From IMG/VR virus record IMGVR_UViG_2713896773_000011: a stretch of DNA of 5,898 nucleotides. One strand, written 5' to 3'. Position numbers and translations under genes: made by a program. Of this stretch, positions 5,553 to 5,898 are shown one piece after another. The first letter of the stretch is position 1, and each line of letters opens with the position of its first letter. The stretch is from a virus (Duplodnaviria > Heunggongvirae > Uroviricota > Caudoviricetes). The notes beneath the pieces are model-generated. The model did no database searches and was not told the origin of the DNA. It was given only the letters and a program-made list of their open reading frames with translations.

Positions 5553-5898
5553 ATGCATCGTATAGACACGAAAACCGCGCAGAAGGATAAGTTCGGCGCG
5601 GGTAAGAACGGTTTTACCCGTGGTAACCCCCAGACTGGCACGCCTGCCACCGATCTGGATGATGACTACTTTGACATGTTGCAGGAGGAGCTTTGCAGCG
5701 TGGTGGAGGCATCCGGTGCCAGCCTGGAGAAGGGGCGGCACGATCAGTTGCTTACCGCACTTCGCGCGCTGCTGTTAAGCCGCAAGAATCCGTTTGGCGA
5801 TATCAAATCGGATGGCACGGTGAAAACGGCTCTCGAAAACCTTGGTTTGGGAGAAGCAGCTAAAAGGAATGTAGGTACAGGGGCGAATCAGATACCTG
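5553..5898 (+). CDS. Phage tail fiber protein, N-terminal part (3' end beyond window)
   Basis: ATG 5553 lies 3 nt after the upstream stop, with GGAG at 5541-5544. The N-terminus ([47 protein letters not shown]) resembles the conserved tail-fiber N-terminal domain. The ORF runs off the window. Confidence 0.75.
   Translation, partial: MHRIDTKTAQKDKFGAGKNGFTRGNPQTGTPATDLDDDYFDMLQEELCSVVEASGASLEKGRHDQLLTALRALLLSRKNPFGDIKSDGTVKTALENLGLGEAAKRNVGTGANQIP

Noticed and set aside
5173-5741. ORFs 5173-5367 (plus) and 5343-5741 (minus)
   Set aside because: They are embedded in or antisense to the tail protein I-like and tail fiber genes in high-GC DNA. Likely spurious.
1-5898. LexA/SOS box (CTGT-N8-ACAG) search
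   Set aside because: I scanned all CTGT occurrences by eye and found no CTGT-N8-ACAG palindrome. Any SOS control of the early operon would lie upstream of the window.

Overview
This window reads as part of a degenerate (cryptic or satellite-like) enterobacterial prophage, most similar in gene order to the E. coli e14 element; that assignment is from memory of e14 and was not verified by search. A forward-strand early/replication operon occupies 1-3422: a CII-like regulator, a 112-aa small protein, a replication initiator with an iteron array inside its coding sequence, a PerC-like regulator, a phage Dam-type N6-adenine methyltransferase, a 36-aa LexA-N-terminal-like mini-ORF and a lipoprotein. 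A ~1.1 kb low-GC segment (about 3423-4510; roughly 30% GC in a hand-counted 60-nt sample versus about 65% in a flanking tail-gene sample) then carries two reverse-strand genes with no function I can recognise. The larger one carries a possible PD-(D/E)xK nuclease signature. This cassette sits where the morphogenesis genes should be and abuts a 5'-truncated baseplate J-like gene, followed by a tail protein I/YmfQ-like gene and the start of a tail fiber gene. The low-GC two-gene cassette is the best candidate for an undescribed defense or toxin-antitoxin-like module. All functional calls rest on motif recognition and recall; none was confirmed by database search.
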